A DNA stretch of 64,000 nucleotides from NCBI RefSeq assembly GCF_044704955.1, contig NC_092003.1, forward strand, positions 7,192,001 to 7,256,000, given 5' to 3'. This document shows, piece by piece, positions 1-12,475 of this stretch. A program made the position numbers and the translations under genes. Source of the DNA: Pristiophorus japonicus (lineage: Eukaryota). Each line of letters opens with the position of its first letter. The first letter of the stretch is position 1. Under the pieces are notes generated by a model. That model had not been told where the DNA came from, did not search any database, and worked only from the letters and a program-made list of their open reading frames with translations.

Positions 1-79
1 CGAATGTCCTCCTGCTGCTTCGAGGCGATGGGGTTAATAGCCGGGACCAGAACCGGGTCCTCTTTCGTCCCGGCCTCGG
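1..79 (-). CDS. SART1: SART1 exon 4 (runs off the window edge)
   Basis: ctcacag| acceptor. Encodes TEAGTKEDPVLVPAINPIASKQQEDI, similar to human EAGTKEEPVTADVINPMALRQREEL. Confidence 0.9.
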
Positions 80-204
80 CTGTGAGAGACGGACAGGTCA
101 GTTGTGGCAGCGGTGGGCAAAAAGAACGTGCTTATCTATACCGCCTTTCACCACCCCAGGACATTCCTCAGCGCTTTACAGTCAATGAAGTACGTTTGCA
201 CAAG

Positions 205-1330
205 AAATAGGGGCAGGAGTCGGCCATTCGGCCCCTCGAGCCTGCTCCGCCATTCAATAAGATCATGGCTGATCTGATCCTGGCCTCAGCTCCACACTTC
301 CCCGCCCGCTCCCTTAAATCGCTCAAAAGTCTGTCTATCTCCGCATTAAATATATTCAATGACCCAGCCTCCACAGCTCTCGGCAGAAAATTCCACAGAT
401 TTACAACCCTGAGAGAAACATAGAAAATAGGTGCAGGAGTAGGCCCTTCGAGCCTGCATCACCATTCAATAAGATCATGGCTGATCATGCAACTTCAGTA
501 CCCCATTCCTGCTTTCTCTCCATATCCCTTTAGCTGTAAGGGCCACATCCAACTCCCTTTTGAATATATCTAACCAACTGGCCTCAACAACTTTCTGTGG
601 TAGAGAATTCCACAGGTTCACAATTTTCTGAGTGAAGAAGTTTCTCCTCATCTCGGTCCCAAATGGCTTACCCCTTATCCTTAGACTGTGACCCCTGGTT
701 CTGGACTTCCCCAACATCGGGAACATTCTTCCTGCATCTAACCTGTCCAATCCCGTCAGAATTTTATATGTTTCTATGAGATTCCCCTCTCATTCTTCTA
801 AATTCCAGTGAATATAAGCCTAGTCGATCCAGTCTTTCTTCATATGTCAGTCCCGCCATCCCGGGAATCAGTCTGGTGAATCTTCGCTGCACTCCCTCAA
901 TAGCAAGAACGTCCTTCCTCAGATTAGGAGACCAAAACTGAACACAATATTCCAGGTGTGGCCTCACCAAGGCCCTGTACAACTGCAGTAAGACCTCCCT
1001 GCTCCTATACTCAAATCCTCTCGCTATGAAGGCCAACATGCCATTTGCCTTCTTCACCGCCTGCTGTACCTGCATGCCAACCTTCAATGACTGATGAACC
1101 ATGACACCCAGGTCTCGTTGCACCTCCCCTTTTCCTAATCTGTCACCATTCAGATAATATTCTGTCTGCCTGTTTTTGCCCCTAAAGTGGATAACCTCAC
1201 ATTTATCCACATTATACTGCAACTGCCAGGCATTTGCCCACTCACCTAACCTGTCCAAGTCACCCTGCAGCCTCTTCACGTCCTCCTCACAACTCACACC
1301 GCCACCCAGCTTAGTGTCATCTGCAAACTT
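205..1330 (-). mobile_element. Two 5'-truncated CR1 LINE 3' fragments
   Basis: RT C-terminal peptides ([25 protein letters not shown]) and CR1 3' UTR (ggcccttcgagcctgc), closely similar to the 5290-8653 element. Confidence 0.9.
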
Positions 1331-1595
1331 CTCTTAAATCTGCGTCCCTCTGGTTACCAACCCACCACTGGAAACAGTTGCTCCTTGCTTACTCTATCAG
1401 AACAATTCTTAATTTTGAACACCTCGATTAAATCTCCCCCTGAACCTTCGCTGCTCCAAGGAGAACAACCCCAGCTTCTCTCCATGTCTCTGAGGTCACT
1501 TGTTCCTTTTCACCCTTCCTGCTGCTCAGTCATGCCCCAACAGCACAGCCTTGTTTGAAGATGAACAAACAGCACCGTGTCAAAATGTGACTCAC

Positions 1596-1651
1596 TTTTT
1601 TTGGCTTCCTGTACTGCCAAAGGTTTCAGGCCAAGCTTGGCCCTCAGCTTG
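1596..1651 (-). CDS. SART1: SART1 exon 3
   Basis: cacag| and |gtgagt. Encodes KLRAKLGLKPLAVQEAKK, completing the HIND motif EETNKLRAKLGLKPL. Confidence 0.94.
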
Positions 1652-1704
1652 CTGTGGGGAACACAAGACAGACAAGTTAGAGAGAGAGAGAGAGAGAGAG
1701 AGAG

Positions 1705-2340
1705 ACTTGCATTGAAGCCACACCTTTCGCCATCTCGGCATCCCAACAGCCAATGAAGTACTTTTTGGAGTGTGCTCACTGTTGTAATGTGGGAAACGCC
1801 AATTTGCGCACAGCAAGCTCCCACACACAGCAATGTGTTACTGACCCAGATAACCTGTTTCAGTGATGTTGGTTCAGGGATAAATATTGGCCCCAGGACA
1901 CCGGGGAGTACTCCCCTGCTCTTCTTCGAAATAATGCCACAGGATCTTTTACATTCACCTCCGACAGAGCAGCGCTCCCTCAGTACTGCGCTCCCTCAGT
2001 ACCGCCCCTCTGACAGTGCGGCGCTCCCTCAGTACCGCCCCTCCGACAGTGCGGCGCTCCCTCAGTACCGCCCCTCCGACAGTGCGGCGCTCCCCCAGTA
2101 CCGCCCCTCCGACAGTGCGGCGCTCCCTCAGTACCGCGCTCCCTCAGTACCGCCCCTCCGACAGTGCGGCCCCTCCGACAGTGCGGCCCCTCCGACAGTG
2201 CGGCCCCTCCGACAGTGCGGCGCTCCCTCAGTACTGCACTGAAGGGTCGGCCTGGATTAAGTGCGCAAGTCCTGAGAGCGGGGCTCGAACACACAACCTT
2301 CTCAGGAGAGCCACCAATCAAGTTACGGCTGACACTGGAT
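1705..2340 (-). mobile_element. Deu-domain/tRNA-derived SINE (SacSINE1-like) with internal 33-bp array
   Basis: Shares gacttgcat...ttgtaatgtgggaaacg...ggataaatattggccccaggacaccgggg with the copies at 11.8, 29.2 and 52.4 kb. L2-like tail, tRNA-like head and a ccctccgacagtgcggcgctccctcagtac array. Confidence 0.7.
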
Positions 2341-2540
2341 TCGTTGTCAGTGAACGCTCAGAGAGCAGAAATAAAAGGATATACTGATAGGGCGGAGATG
2401 AAGAGGGGCGAGTGGAGGCTCGTGTGGAGAACAAAGACCGGCACGGAACGGTTGGGCCGAACGGCCTGTCTCTGTGCCGTACAGTTAATGTCGCTCCCAG
2501 CTCGGACAGAAGCTGTGAGCAGCAACATTTATTCACTCAC

Positions 2541-2595
2541 TTTGTTTCTTCGATGGTCAGAGAGGCATTGCCGGCAGCTGATTTTGGTCCTGGTG
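2541..2595 (-). CDS. SART1: SART1 exon 2
   Basis: ttgtag| acceptor and |gtgagt donor. Encodes APGPKSAAGNASLTIEET(N), matching the SART1 'SLSIEETN' HIND region. Phases 1 to 2 are consistent. Confidence 0.92.
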
Positions 2596-2779
2596 CTACA
2601 AGCAAAAAGACATGGTGAAATATAGTAAAAGCATGAGAACTATCTCTTCCCCCACTGACCCCGTATATTGAACACCCCCCCCCCCCCCAATCACAATTCT
2701 GTACGATCGCCCCACGACCCCATTCATTACACCCCTCCCCCACAACATTACACCTCATAACACCGCCCCCCCCCCCCAA

Positions 2780-4440
2780 GAACCCATTTATTATCCTCCC
2801 CAATCCTGTGGATTCCCCAATAACCCTGTGACCCCCAATAACCCCATACATCAGTCCATGCCCCTATATGATCCCCAATAACCCATATAGCAGTTCCACG
2901 ACCTCATACCAGCCCTATAACAAGGTGTGACCTCCACCTCAATAATCCCTTATACTAGCCCCATAACCCTATATGACCCCCAATAACCACTTATACCAGC
3001 CCTGTACGACCACCCCCCCAATAACCCCATAAATCAGCCCTATATGACCCCCAATAACCTTATACAAGCCCGAAAACCCAATAACCCCTTACACCAGCCC
3101 TATAACCCTATTTGACCCCATGAATCTGCCCTATAACCCTGTGTGCCTCCCTATAACCCCTTACACCAGCCCTATAACCCTGTGTGACCCTCTATAATCC
3201 TGTGTGACCCCCAATAATCCTGTGACCCCCCTATGACCCCATGAACCAGCCCTATAACCATGTGACCCCCATACACCACACTAATAACCCCATACGTCAG
3301 TCCACGACCGAATATGACACCCAATAATCCATATATCAGCCCCACAGCCTCTTATACCAACCATATGACCCCATCAGCCCTATAATCCCATATTAACCCT
3401 TTGTACCTCCCTACAACCCCGTGTGACCTCCCTACAACACTATATGAACCCCTACAGACCCGTGTGACCCCCTACAGACCCGTGTGACCCCCTATAACCC
3501 CGTGTGACCCCCTATAACACTATATGACCCCCTACAGACCCGTGTGACCCCCTATAACCCCGTGTGACCCCCCTATAACACTATATGACCCCCTATAACC
3601 CCGTGTGACCTCCCTATAACACTATATGACCCCCTACAGACCTGTGTGACCCCCCTATAACACTATATGACCCCCTACAGACCCGTGTGACCCCCCTATA
3701 ACACTATATGACCCCCTACAGACCTGTGTGACCCCCCTATAACACTATATGACCCCCTACAGACCTGTGTGACCCCCTATAACACTATATGACCCCCTAC
3801 AGACCCGTGTGACCCCCCTATAACACTATATGACCCCCTACAGACCTGTGTGACCCCCTATAACACTATATGACCCCCTACAGACCTGTGTGACCCCCTA
3901 TAACACTATATGACACCCTACAGACCAGTGACCCCCCCTATAACACTATATGACCCCCTACAGACCTGTGTGACCCCCCTATAACACTATATGACACCCT
4001 ACAGACCAGTGACCCCCCTATAACACTATATGACCCCCTACAGACCCGTGTGACCCCCCTATAACACTATATGACCCCCTACAGACCTGTGTGACCCCCT
4101 ATAACACTATATGACCCCCTACAGACCAGTGACCCCCCCTATAACACTATATGACCCCCTACAGACCAGTGACCCCCCCTATAACACTATATGACCCCCT
4201 ACAGACCTGTGTGACCCCCCTATAACACTATATGACCCCCTACAGACCTGTGTGACCTCCCTATAACACTATATGACACCCTACAGACCAGTGACCCCCC
4301 TATAACACTATATGACCCCCTACAGACCCGTGTGACCTCCCTATAACACTATATGACCCCCTACAGACCCGTGTGACCTCCCTATAACACTACATGACCC
4401 CCCACAGACCAGTGACCCCCCCTATAACACTATATGACCC
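2780..4440. repeat. ~40-bp minisatellite (two ~20-bp subunits) in SART1 intron 1
   Basis: Unit ~accccctataacactatatgaccccctacagacctgtgtg. Homogeneous 3480-4440 and increasingly degenerate towards 2780. Confidence 0.9.
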
Positions 4441-4460
4441 CCCCTCTCTCTCTCTCTCAC

Positions 4461-4710
4461 CGGCCGGCTCGGGCCTGTCGCGCTTGCCCCGGCGGGAGGC
4501 GGTGCCGTGGGCCGGGGCGGGCCGGCGCTCCCGCTCCCGGTCGCGCTCCCTGTCGCGGTGCTCCCGGTCCCGGTGGTGCCGCCGGCCGCCCCCGGCCTCC
4601 CGCTCCCGGCTGGCCGCCCGCCGCTGCTCCTTGTTGTGTTTGTGTTTCTTGCGGCGCGCCGCCGCCGCCTCCTCGCCCCCGCGCTCGCGGTGCTTCTTGG
4701 ACGAGCCCAT
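4461..4710 (-). CDS. SART1: SART1 (U4/U6.U5 tri-snRNP-associated protein 1, Snu66) coding exon 1
   Basis: Starts MGSSKKHRE...KKHKH, as in vertebrate SART1. GT donor (gccg|gtgaga) at 4460, phase 1, compatible with the next exon. Confidence 0.93.
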
Positions 4711-4899
4711 CGGGTGCGCGCACGTCCGGTCCGGTGCGGTGCGGGGGGCGCGCACGCACACGGGGCTCCTTCCTTCCTTCTCCTCTTCTTCTCGCTAATC
4801 TATCGCGTTCTATCTCTCTCGTTGCCCCGGTAACCGCTTTCCTTCTCCCTCCTTTCTCCTTCTCTCTCTCTCTCTCTCTCTCCGTCCGCCGCTCCGGTA

Positions 4900-5140
4900 A
4901 ACAAAATGTCGCCGCCGCCGCCGCCGCCGCCGTCCGTCCGTCCCCGTCGCTCGTCCAAAATGGCCGCCCGCCACTTCCGCTTGAACCTTCACCCGCCCCG
5001 CCAATCACAGGCGGCGCATCGCAGGCACTTCCGCGCGTGCTATCACACGACGATAGGCAGTCGTCACTTCCGTTCGCTCCCCCCGTCCCCCCATCAATCA
5101 CACACACACACGGGCGATCGTCACTTCCGTTCACTCTCGC
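4900..5140 (-). promoter_or_regulatory. SART1 CpG-island housekeeping promoter
   Basis: YY1-like AAAATGGCCGCC (4957), four ETS sites CACTTCCG (4972, 5026, 5065, 5122; the last two are overlapping ETS-CRE CGTCACTTCCG), CCAAT (5001) and GC boxes, directly upstream of the SART1 ATG. Confidence 0.75.
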
Positions 5141-5289
5141 CCCGCCCCCCCCCACTCAATGTTGACATAGGGCCTCGGCGCTGCTCCCGCCCGATATTGC
5201 CCTCCCCACCCCCCCTCCTGCCCCGCCATCACCACAGGCTCCCCACCCCGTAGGGAGGGGTTCCCCGGTGTTTCACTGAATATTCCCGG

Positions 5290-8200
5290 AGCTAGGAGCT
5301 AAATTCAAAAAGTAGGACCTCAAAGGTAGTAATCTCGGGATTGCTCCCAGTGCCACGAGCTAGTCAGAGTAGGAATCGCAGGATAGCTCAGATGAATACG
5401 TGGCTTGAGCAGTGGTGCAGCAGGGAGGGATTCAAATTCCTGGGGCATTGGAACCGGTTCTGGGGAAGGTGGGACCAGTACAAACCGGACAGTCTGCACC
5501 TGGGCAGGACCGGAACCAATGTCCTAGGGGGAGTGTTTGCTAGTGCTGTTGGGGAGGAGTTAAACTAATATGGCAGGGGGATGGGAAACCAATGCAGGGA
5601 GACAGAGGGAGACAAAAAGGAGGCAAAAGCAAAAGACAGAAAGGAGATGAGGAAAAGTGGAGGGTAGAGAAACCCCAAGGCAAAGAACAAAAAGGGCCAC
5701 TGTACAGCAAAATTCTAAAAGGACAGAGGGTGTTAAAAAAAACAAGCCTGAAGGCTTTGTGTCTTAATGCAAGGAGTATCCGCAATAAGGTGGATGAATT
5801 AACTGTGCAAATAGATGTTAACAAATATGATGTGATTGGGATTACGGAGACGTGGCTCCAGGATGATCAGGGCTGGGAACTCAACATCCAGGGGTATTCA
5901 ACATTCAGGAAGGATAGAATAAAAGGAAAAGGAGGTGGGGTAGCATTGCTGGTTAAGGAGGAGATTAAGGCAATAGTTAGGAAGGACATTAGCTTGGATG
6001 ATGTGGAATCTATATGGGTAGAGCTGCAGGACACCAAAGGGCAAAAAACGTTAGTGGGAGTTGTGTACAGACCTCCAAACAGTAGTAGTGATGTTGGGGA
6101 GGGCATCAAACAGGAAATTAGGGGTGCGTGCAATAAAGGTGCAGCAGTTATAATGGGTGACTTTAATATGCACATAGATTGGGCTAACCAAACTGGAAGC
6201 AATACGGTGGAGGAGGATTTCCTGGAGTGCATAAGGGATGGTTTTTTAGACCAATATGTCGAGGAACCAACTAGGGGGGAGGCCATCTTAGACTGGGTGT
6301 TGTGTAATGAGAGAGGATTAATTAGCAATCTCGTTGTGCGAGGCCCCTTGGGGAAGAGTGACCATAATATGGTGGAATTCTGCATTGGGATGGAGAATGA
6401 AACAGTTAATTCAGAGACCATGGTTCAGAACTTAAAGGCGGCTAACTTTGAAGGTATGAGGCGTGAATTGGCTGGGATGGATTGGCGAATGATACTTAAG
6501 GGGTTGACTGTGGATGGGCAATGGCAGACATTTAGAGACCGCATGGATGAACTACAACAATTGTACATTCCTGTCTGGCATAAAAATAAAAAAGGGAAGG
6601 TGGCTCAACCGTGGCTATCAAGGGAAATCAGGGATAGTATTAAAGCCAAGGAAGTGGCATACAAATTGGCCAGAAATAGCAGCGAACCTGGGGACTGGGA
6701 GAAATTTAGAACGCAGCAGAGGAGGACAAAGGGTTTGATTAGGGCAGGGAAAATGGAGTATGAGAAGAAGCTTGCAGGGAACATTAAGACGGATTGCAAA
6801 AGTTTCTATAGATATGTAAAGAGAAAAAGGTTAGTAAAGACAAACGTAGGTCCCCTGCAGTCAGAATCAGGGGAAGTCATAACGGGGAACAAAGAAATGG
6901 CGGACCAATTGAACAAGTACTTTGGTTCGGTATTCACGAAGGAGGACACAAACAACCTTCCGGTTATAAAAGGGGTCGGGGGGTCTAGTAAGGAGGAGGA
7001 ACTGAGGGAAATCCTTATTAGCCGGGAAATTGTGTTGGGGAAATTGATGGGATTGAAGGCCGATAAATCCCCAGGGCCTGATGGACTGCATCCCAGAGTA
7101 CTTAAGGAGGTGGCCTTGGAAATAGTGGATGCATTGACAGTCATTTTCCAACATTCCATTGACTCTGGATCAGTTCCTATGGAGTGGAGGGTAGCCAATG
7201 TAACCCCACTTTTTAAAAAAGGAGGGAGAGAGAAAACAGGGAATTATAGACCGGTCAGCCTGACATCGGTAGTGGGTAAAATGATGGAATCAATTATTAA
7301 GGATGTCATAGCAGTGCATTTGGAAAGAGGTGACATGATAGGTCCAAGTCAGCATGGATTTGTGAAAGGGAAATCATGCTTGACAAATCTTCTGGAATTT
7401 TTTGAGGATGTTTCCAGTAGAGTGGATAAGGGAGAACCAGTTGATGTGGTATATTTGGACTTTCAGAAGGCGTTCGACAAGGTCCCACACAAGAGATTAA
7501 TGTGCAAAGTTAGAGCACATGGGATTGGGGGTAGTGTACTGACATGGATTGAGAACTGGTTGTCAGACAGGAAGCAAAGAGTAGGAGTAAATGGGTACTT
7601 TTCAGAATGGCAGGCAGTGACTAGTGGGGTACCGCAAGGTTCTGTGCTGGGGCCCCAGCTGTTTACACTGTACATTAATGATTTAGATGAGGGGATTAAA
7701 TGTAGTATCTCCAAATTTGCGGATGACACTAAGTTGGTGGCAGTGTGAGCTGCGAGGAGGATGCTGTGAGGCTGCAGAGCGACTTGGATAGGTTAGGTGA
7801 GTGGGCAAATGCATGGCAGATGAAGTATAATGTGGATAAATGTGAGGTTATCCACTTTGGTGGTAAAAACAGAGAGACAGACTATTATCTGAATGGTGAC
7901 AGATTAGGAAAAGGGGAGGTGCAACGAGACCTGGGTGTCATGGTACATCAGTCATTGAAGGTTGGCATGCAGGTGCAGCAGGCGGTTAAGAAAGCAAATG
8001 GCATGTTGGCCTTCATAGCGAGGGGATTTGAGTACAGGGGCAGGGAGGTGTTGCTACAGTTGTACAGGGCATTGGTGAGGCCACACCTGGAGTATTGTGT
8101 ACAGTTTTGGTCTCCTAACCTGAGGAAGGACATTCTTGCTATTGAGAGAGTGCAGCGAAGGTTCACCAGACTGATTCCCGGGATGGCGGGACTGACCTAT

Positions 8201-8653
8201 CAAGAAAGACTGGATCAACTGGGCTTGTATTCACTGGAGTTCAGAAGAATGAGAGGGGACCTCATAGAAACATTTAAAATTCTGACGGGGTTAGACAGGT
8301 TAGATGCAGGAAGAATGTTCCCAATGTTGGGGAAGTCCAGAACCAGGGGTCACAGTCTAAGGATAAGGGGTAAGCCATTTAGGACCGAGATGCGGAGGAA
8401 CTTCTTCACCCAGAGAGTGGTGAACCTGTGGAATTCTCTACCACAGAAAGTAGTTGAGGCCAATTCACTAAATATATTCAAAAAGGAGTTAGATGAGGTC
8501 CTTACTACTAGGGGGATCAAGGGGTATGGAGAGAAAGCAGGAATGGGGTACTGAAGTTGAATGTTCAGCCATGAACTCATTGAATGGCGGTGCAGGCTAG
8601 AAGGGCCGAATGGCCTACTCCTACACCTATTTTCTATGTTTCTATGTTTCTAT
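5290..8653 (+). mobile_element. Young, near-complete CR1-clade LINE (3' part of ORF1, ORF2, 3' UTR, (TTCTATGT)n tail)
   Basis: ORF1 esterase-like end (5341-5568), APE endonuclease (ITETW, GDFN, SDHN) and RT (QGSVLGP, FADD), then an 8-bp terminal repeat tail at 8632-8653. Confidence 0.96.
5592..8554 (+). pseudogene. CR1 ORF2 (endonuclease + reverse transcriptase) split by one frameshift at ~7736
   Basis: ORFs 5592-7748 and 7745-8554 join if one G is restored in aagttg(g)gtggc. Other copies read FADDAKLGG. Confidence 0.9.
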
Positions 8654-8711
8654 CCCGAGCTACATCCTGAACAATGTCCGCGGTTGGCACGGCAACGGCA
8701 GTCAACTCGGC

Positions 8712-10967
8712 CCAGCGAGGGCGGTCAGCGAGGCCCGGCGAGGGCGGTCAGCGAGGCCCGGCGAGGGCGGTCAGCGAGGGCGGTCAGCGAGGCCCGGCGA
8801 GGGAGGTCAGCGAGGGCGGTCAGCGAGGCCCGGCGAGGGAGGTCAGCGAGGCCCGGCGAGGGCGGTCAGCGAGGCCCGGCGAGGGAGGTCAGCGAGGGCG
8901 GTCAGCGAGGGCGGTCAGCGAGGCCCGGTGAGGGAGGTCAGCGAGGGCGGTCAGCGAGGGCGGTCAGCGAGGCCCGGCAAGGGAGGTCAGCGAGGCCCGG
9001 CGAGGGAGGTCAGCGAGGGCGGTTAGCGAGGCCCGGCGAGGGAGGTCAGCGAGGCCCGGCGAGGGCGGTCAGCGAGGCCCGGCGAGGGAGGTCAGCGAGG
9101 GCGGTCAGCGAGGGCGGTCAGCGAGGCCCGGCGAGGGAGGTCAGCGAGGGCGGTCAGCGAGGCCCGGCGAGGGAGGTCAGCGAGGGCGGTCAGCGAGGGC
9201 GCTCAGCGAGGCCCGGCGAGGGAGGTCAGCGAGGGCCGGCGAGGGCGGTCAGCGAGGCCCGGCGAGGGAGGTCAGCGAGGGCGGTCAGCGAGGCCCGGCG
9301 AGGGCGGTCAGCGAGGCCCGGCGAGGGAGGTCAGCGAGGGCGGTCAGCGAGGGCGGTCAGCGAGGCCCGGCGACGGAGGTCAGCGAGGGCGGTCAGCGAG
9401 GCCCGGCGAGGGAGGTCAGCGAGGGCGGTCAGCGAGGGCGGTCAGCGAGGCCCGGCGAGGGCGGTCAGCGAGGCCCGGCGACGGCGGTCAGCGAGGCCCG
9501 GCGAGGGAGGTCAGCGAGGGCGGTCAGCGAGGCCCGGCAAGGGAGGTCAGCGAGGGCGGTCAGCGAGGCCCGGCGAGGGAGGCCCGGCGAGGGTGGTCAG
9601 CGAGGCCCGGCGAGGGAGGTCAGCGAGGCCCGGCGAGGGAGGTCAGCGAGGGCGGTCAGCGAGGCCCGGCGAGGGCGGTCAGCGAGGCCCGGCGAGGGCG
9701 GTCAGCAAGGGTGGTCAGCGAGGCCCGGCGAGGGCTGTCAGTGAGGCCCCGCAGGGCGGTCAGCGAGGCCCGGCGAGGGCGGTCAGCGTGGCCCAGCGAG
9801 GGCGGTCAGCGAGGGCGGTCAGCGAGGCCCGGCGAGGGCGGTCAGCGAGGGCGGTCAGCGAGGGTGGTCAGCGAGGGTGGTCAGCGAGGCCGGTCAGCGA
9901 GGTCCGGCGAGGGCGGTCAGCGAGGCCCGGCGAGGGCGGTCAGCGAGGGCGGTCAGCGAGGGTGGTCAGTGAGGCCGGTCAGCGAGGCCCGGCGAGGGCT
10001 GTCAGTGAGGCCCCGCAGGGCGGTCAGCGAGGCCCGGCGAGGGCGGTCAGCGAGGGCGGTCAGCGAGGGCGGTCAGCGTGGCCCGGCGAGGGCGGTCAGC
10101 GAGGGCGGTCAGCGAGGGCGGTCAGCGTGGCCCGGCGAGGGCGGTCAGCGAGGGCGGTCAGCGAGGGCGGTCAGCGAGGCCCGGCGAGGGCAGTCAGCGA
10201 GGCCCGGCGAGGGCGGTCAGCGAGGGCGGTCAGCGAGGGCGGTCAGCGTGGCCCGGCAAGGGCGGTCAGCGAGGCCGGTCAGCGAGGCCCGGCGAGGCCG
10301 GTCAGCGAGGTCTGGCGAGGGCGGTCAGCGAGGTCTGGCGAGGGCGGTCAGCGAGGGTGGTCAGTGAGGCCCGGCGAGGGCGGTCAGCGAGGGCGGTCAG
10401 CGAGGGCGGTCAGCGTGGCCCGGCGAGGGCGGTCAGCGATGGCGGTCAGCGAGGCCCGGCGAGGGCAGTCAGCGAGGCCCGGCGAGGGCGGTCAGCGAGG
10501 GCGGTCAGCGAGGGCGGTCAGCGAGGTCTGGCGAGGGCGGTCAGCGAGGTCTGGCGAGGGCGGTCAGCGAGGTCTGGCGAGGGCGGTCAGCGAGGGCGGT
10601 CAGCGAGGCCCGGCGAGGCCGGTCAGCGAGGTCTGGCGAGGGCGGTCAGCGAGGTCTGGCGAGGGCGGTCAGCGAGGGTGGTCAGTGAGGCCGGTCAGCG
10701 AGGCCCGGCGAGGCCGGTCAGCGAGGTCTGGCGAGGGCGGTCAGCGAGGGTGGTCAGTGAGGCCGGTCAGCGAGGCCCGGCGAGGCCGGTCAGCGAGGCC
10801 CGGCGAGGGCGGTCAGCGAGGGTGGTCAGTGAGGCCGGTCAGCGAGGCCCGGCGAGGGCGGTCAGCGAGGGTGGTCAGTGAGGCCGGTCAGCGAGGCCCG
10901 GCGAGGGCGGTCAGCGAGGGTGGTCAGTGAGGCCGGTCAGCGAGGCCCGGCGAGGGCGGTCAGCGAG
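8712..10967. repeat. 2.25-kb CpG-rich compound minisatellite (13-bp ggcggtcagcgag and 11-bp gcccggcgagg units)
   Basis: Continuous shuffled array of the two units, with later variants (tggtcagtga, gtctggcga) enriched towards the 3' end. Confidence 0.95.
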
Positions 10968-10969
10968 AC

Positions 10970-11165
10970 GGATGAGGCCGCTCCAGCCGCGTGCCCCCAG
11001 CTCCCCCGTCGCCGGCGCTAACCGCCCCCTCCCCCCTCCCCGCCCGCTCCAATCGCCCGCCTCCGCCATTTGCAAAAAAAAAACCAAAATGGCCGCCGGG
11101 AGACGCCGACCTGACGTGTCATCGCCGCACGGGATTGTGGGGGTTGTAATCCCTTTCAGAGCTAC
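10970..11165. promoter_or_regulatory. Second CpG promoter-like element
   Basis: Two opposed YY1-like motifs (CCGCCATTTG ~11064, AAAATGGCCGCC ~11086), CRE-like TGACGTG (~11112) and a ZNF143/SBS-like ttgtgggggttgtaatc (~11135). Confidence 0.5.
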
Positions 11166-11309
11166 TTGAGGGGTCAAGGGGCACGGAGAGAAAGCAGGAA
11201 TGGAGGGCACTGAAGTTGAATGTTCAGCCATGGGTCATATTGAATGGTGGGGCAGGCTCGAAGGGGTCAATGGCCGACCCCTGCACCTATTTTCTATGTT
11301 TCCAACACA

Positions 11310-11690
11310 AGTCATCATCATAGACGGTTCCTCGAAGCGAGGATGACTTGCTTCCTCGTCAAAAAAGAAAAAGTTCACCGGTGTTTCAATGAAGGACCTA
11401 ATATTCCGGATCCCGAACTACATCCTGAAGGGTGGAAGACGCCTGTGGGTGGATTGTTTTAACGTGGGTTGGCCGTTGCACACCAGCCACCACACGGGGC
11501 TTGACAGAGCGAGGTCTTGGTCCAGGGGCAAGGGTTAACCAGGACGACTGGAGACCAGCTCTGCTGCACGGGCCCAGTGCGCTCACATATCGCACACAGT
11601 GTGGGCTGGGCCCGTGCTGCCCCCTGGGCCCTCTCGGGCCCCGAACTCCCCAAGAGCCACACCTCCGCCACAAAAACACTCGCGGCTCCT
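11310..11690 (-). mobile_element. Non-autonomous element (SINE-like) carrying an RTE-type 3' tail
   Basis: catcatcata...tcgaagcgaggatgacttgcttcc tail resembles the RTE ends at 22.8, 34.8 and 43.2 kb. A second copy lies in the opposite orientation at 47.4-48.4 kb. Confidence 0.65.
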
Positions 11691-11799
11691 TTTACCTTCA
11701 CAGGCAACAAGGGGTATGGGGGAAAAAGCAGGAATATAGCGTTGAGATCGAGGATCAGCCATGATCGTATTGAATGGTGGTGCAGGCTCAAAGGGCCGA

Positions 11800-12475
11800 T
11801 GTTTACGACCACCAGAATTCCCAAAGCTTTACAGCCAATGAAGTATTGGAAGTTTTGGAACATGGTCTCTGTTGTAATGTGGGAAACGCGGCAGTCAATT
11901 TGCGCACAGCAAGCTCCCACACACATAAATGTGATAATGACCACATCATCTGTTTTTGTAATAGTGATTGAAAGATTGGCCCCAGAACAACGGGGACAGC
12001 TTCCCTGCTCTTCTCCCAATAGTGGCCACCTGGGAGGGCAGATGCCGCCTCAGTTTAACATCTCATCCAAAAGATGGTGCCTCCGACAGTGCGGTGCTCC
12101 CTCAGTACTGCTCCTCCGACAGTGCGGCGCTCCCTCAGTACTACCCCTCCGACAGTGCGGCGCTCCCTCAGTACTGCTCCTCCGACAGTGCGGTGCTCCC
12201 TCAGTACTGCCCCTCCGACAGTGCGGCGCTCCCTCAGTACCGCCCCTCCGACAGTGCGGCGCTCCCTCAGTACCGCCCCTCCGACAGTGCGGCGCTCCCT
12301 CAGTACCGCCCCTCCGACAGTGCGGCGCTCCCTCAGTACCGCCCCTCCGACAGTGCGGCGCTCCCTCAGGACTGGCACCGGGCATGTGGGCCTGGATTTT
12401 GCGCTCGGGAGTGGGAATGGAAGCCACGAACCCATAGACTCGGAGGCGAGAATGCTACCCACTGAGGCACTGAGG
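11800..12475 (-). mobile_element. Deu-type SINE with 33-bp internal array (12080-12370)
   Basis: Same body as the 1705 and 52362 copies, with about 9 tandem 33-bp units. Confidence 0.75.

Noticed and set aside
8561-10930. 789-aa ORF rich in R/G/A/S
   Set aside because: Translation of a stop-poor minisatellite that starts in a CR1 UTR; mixed 11/13-bp units are not codon-sized.
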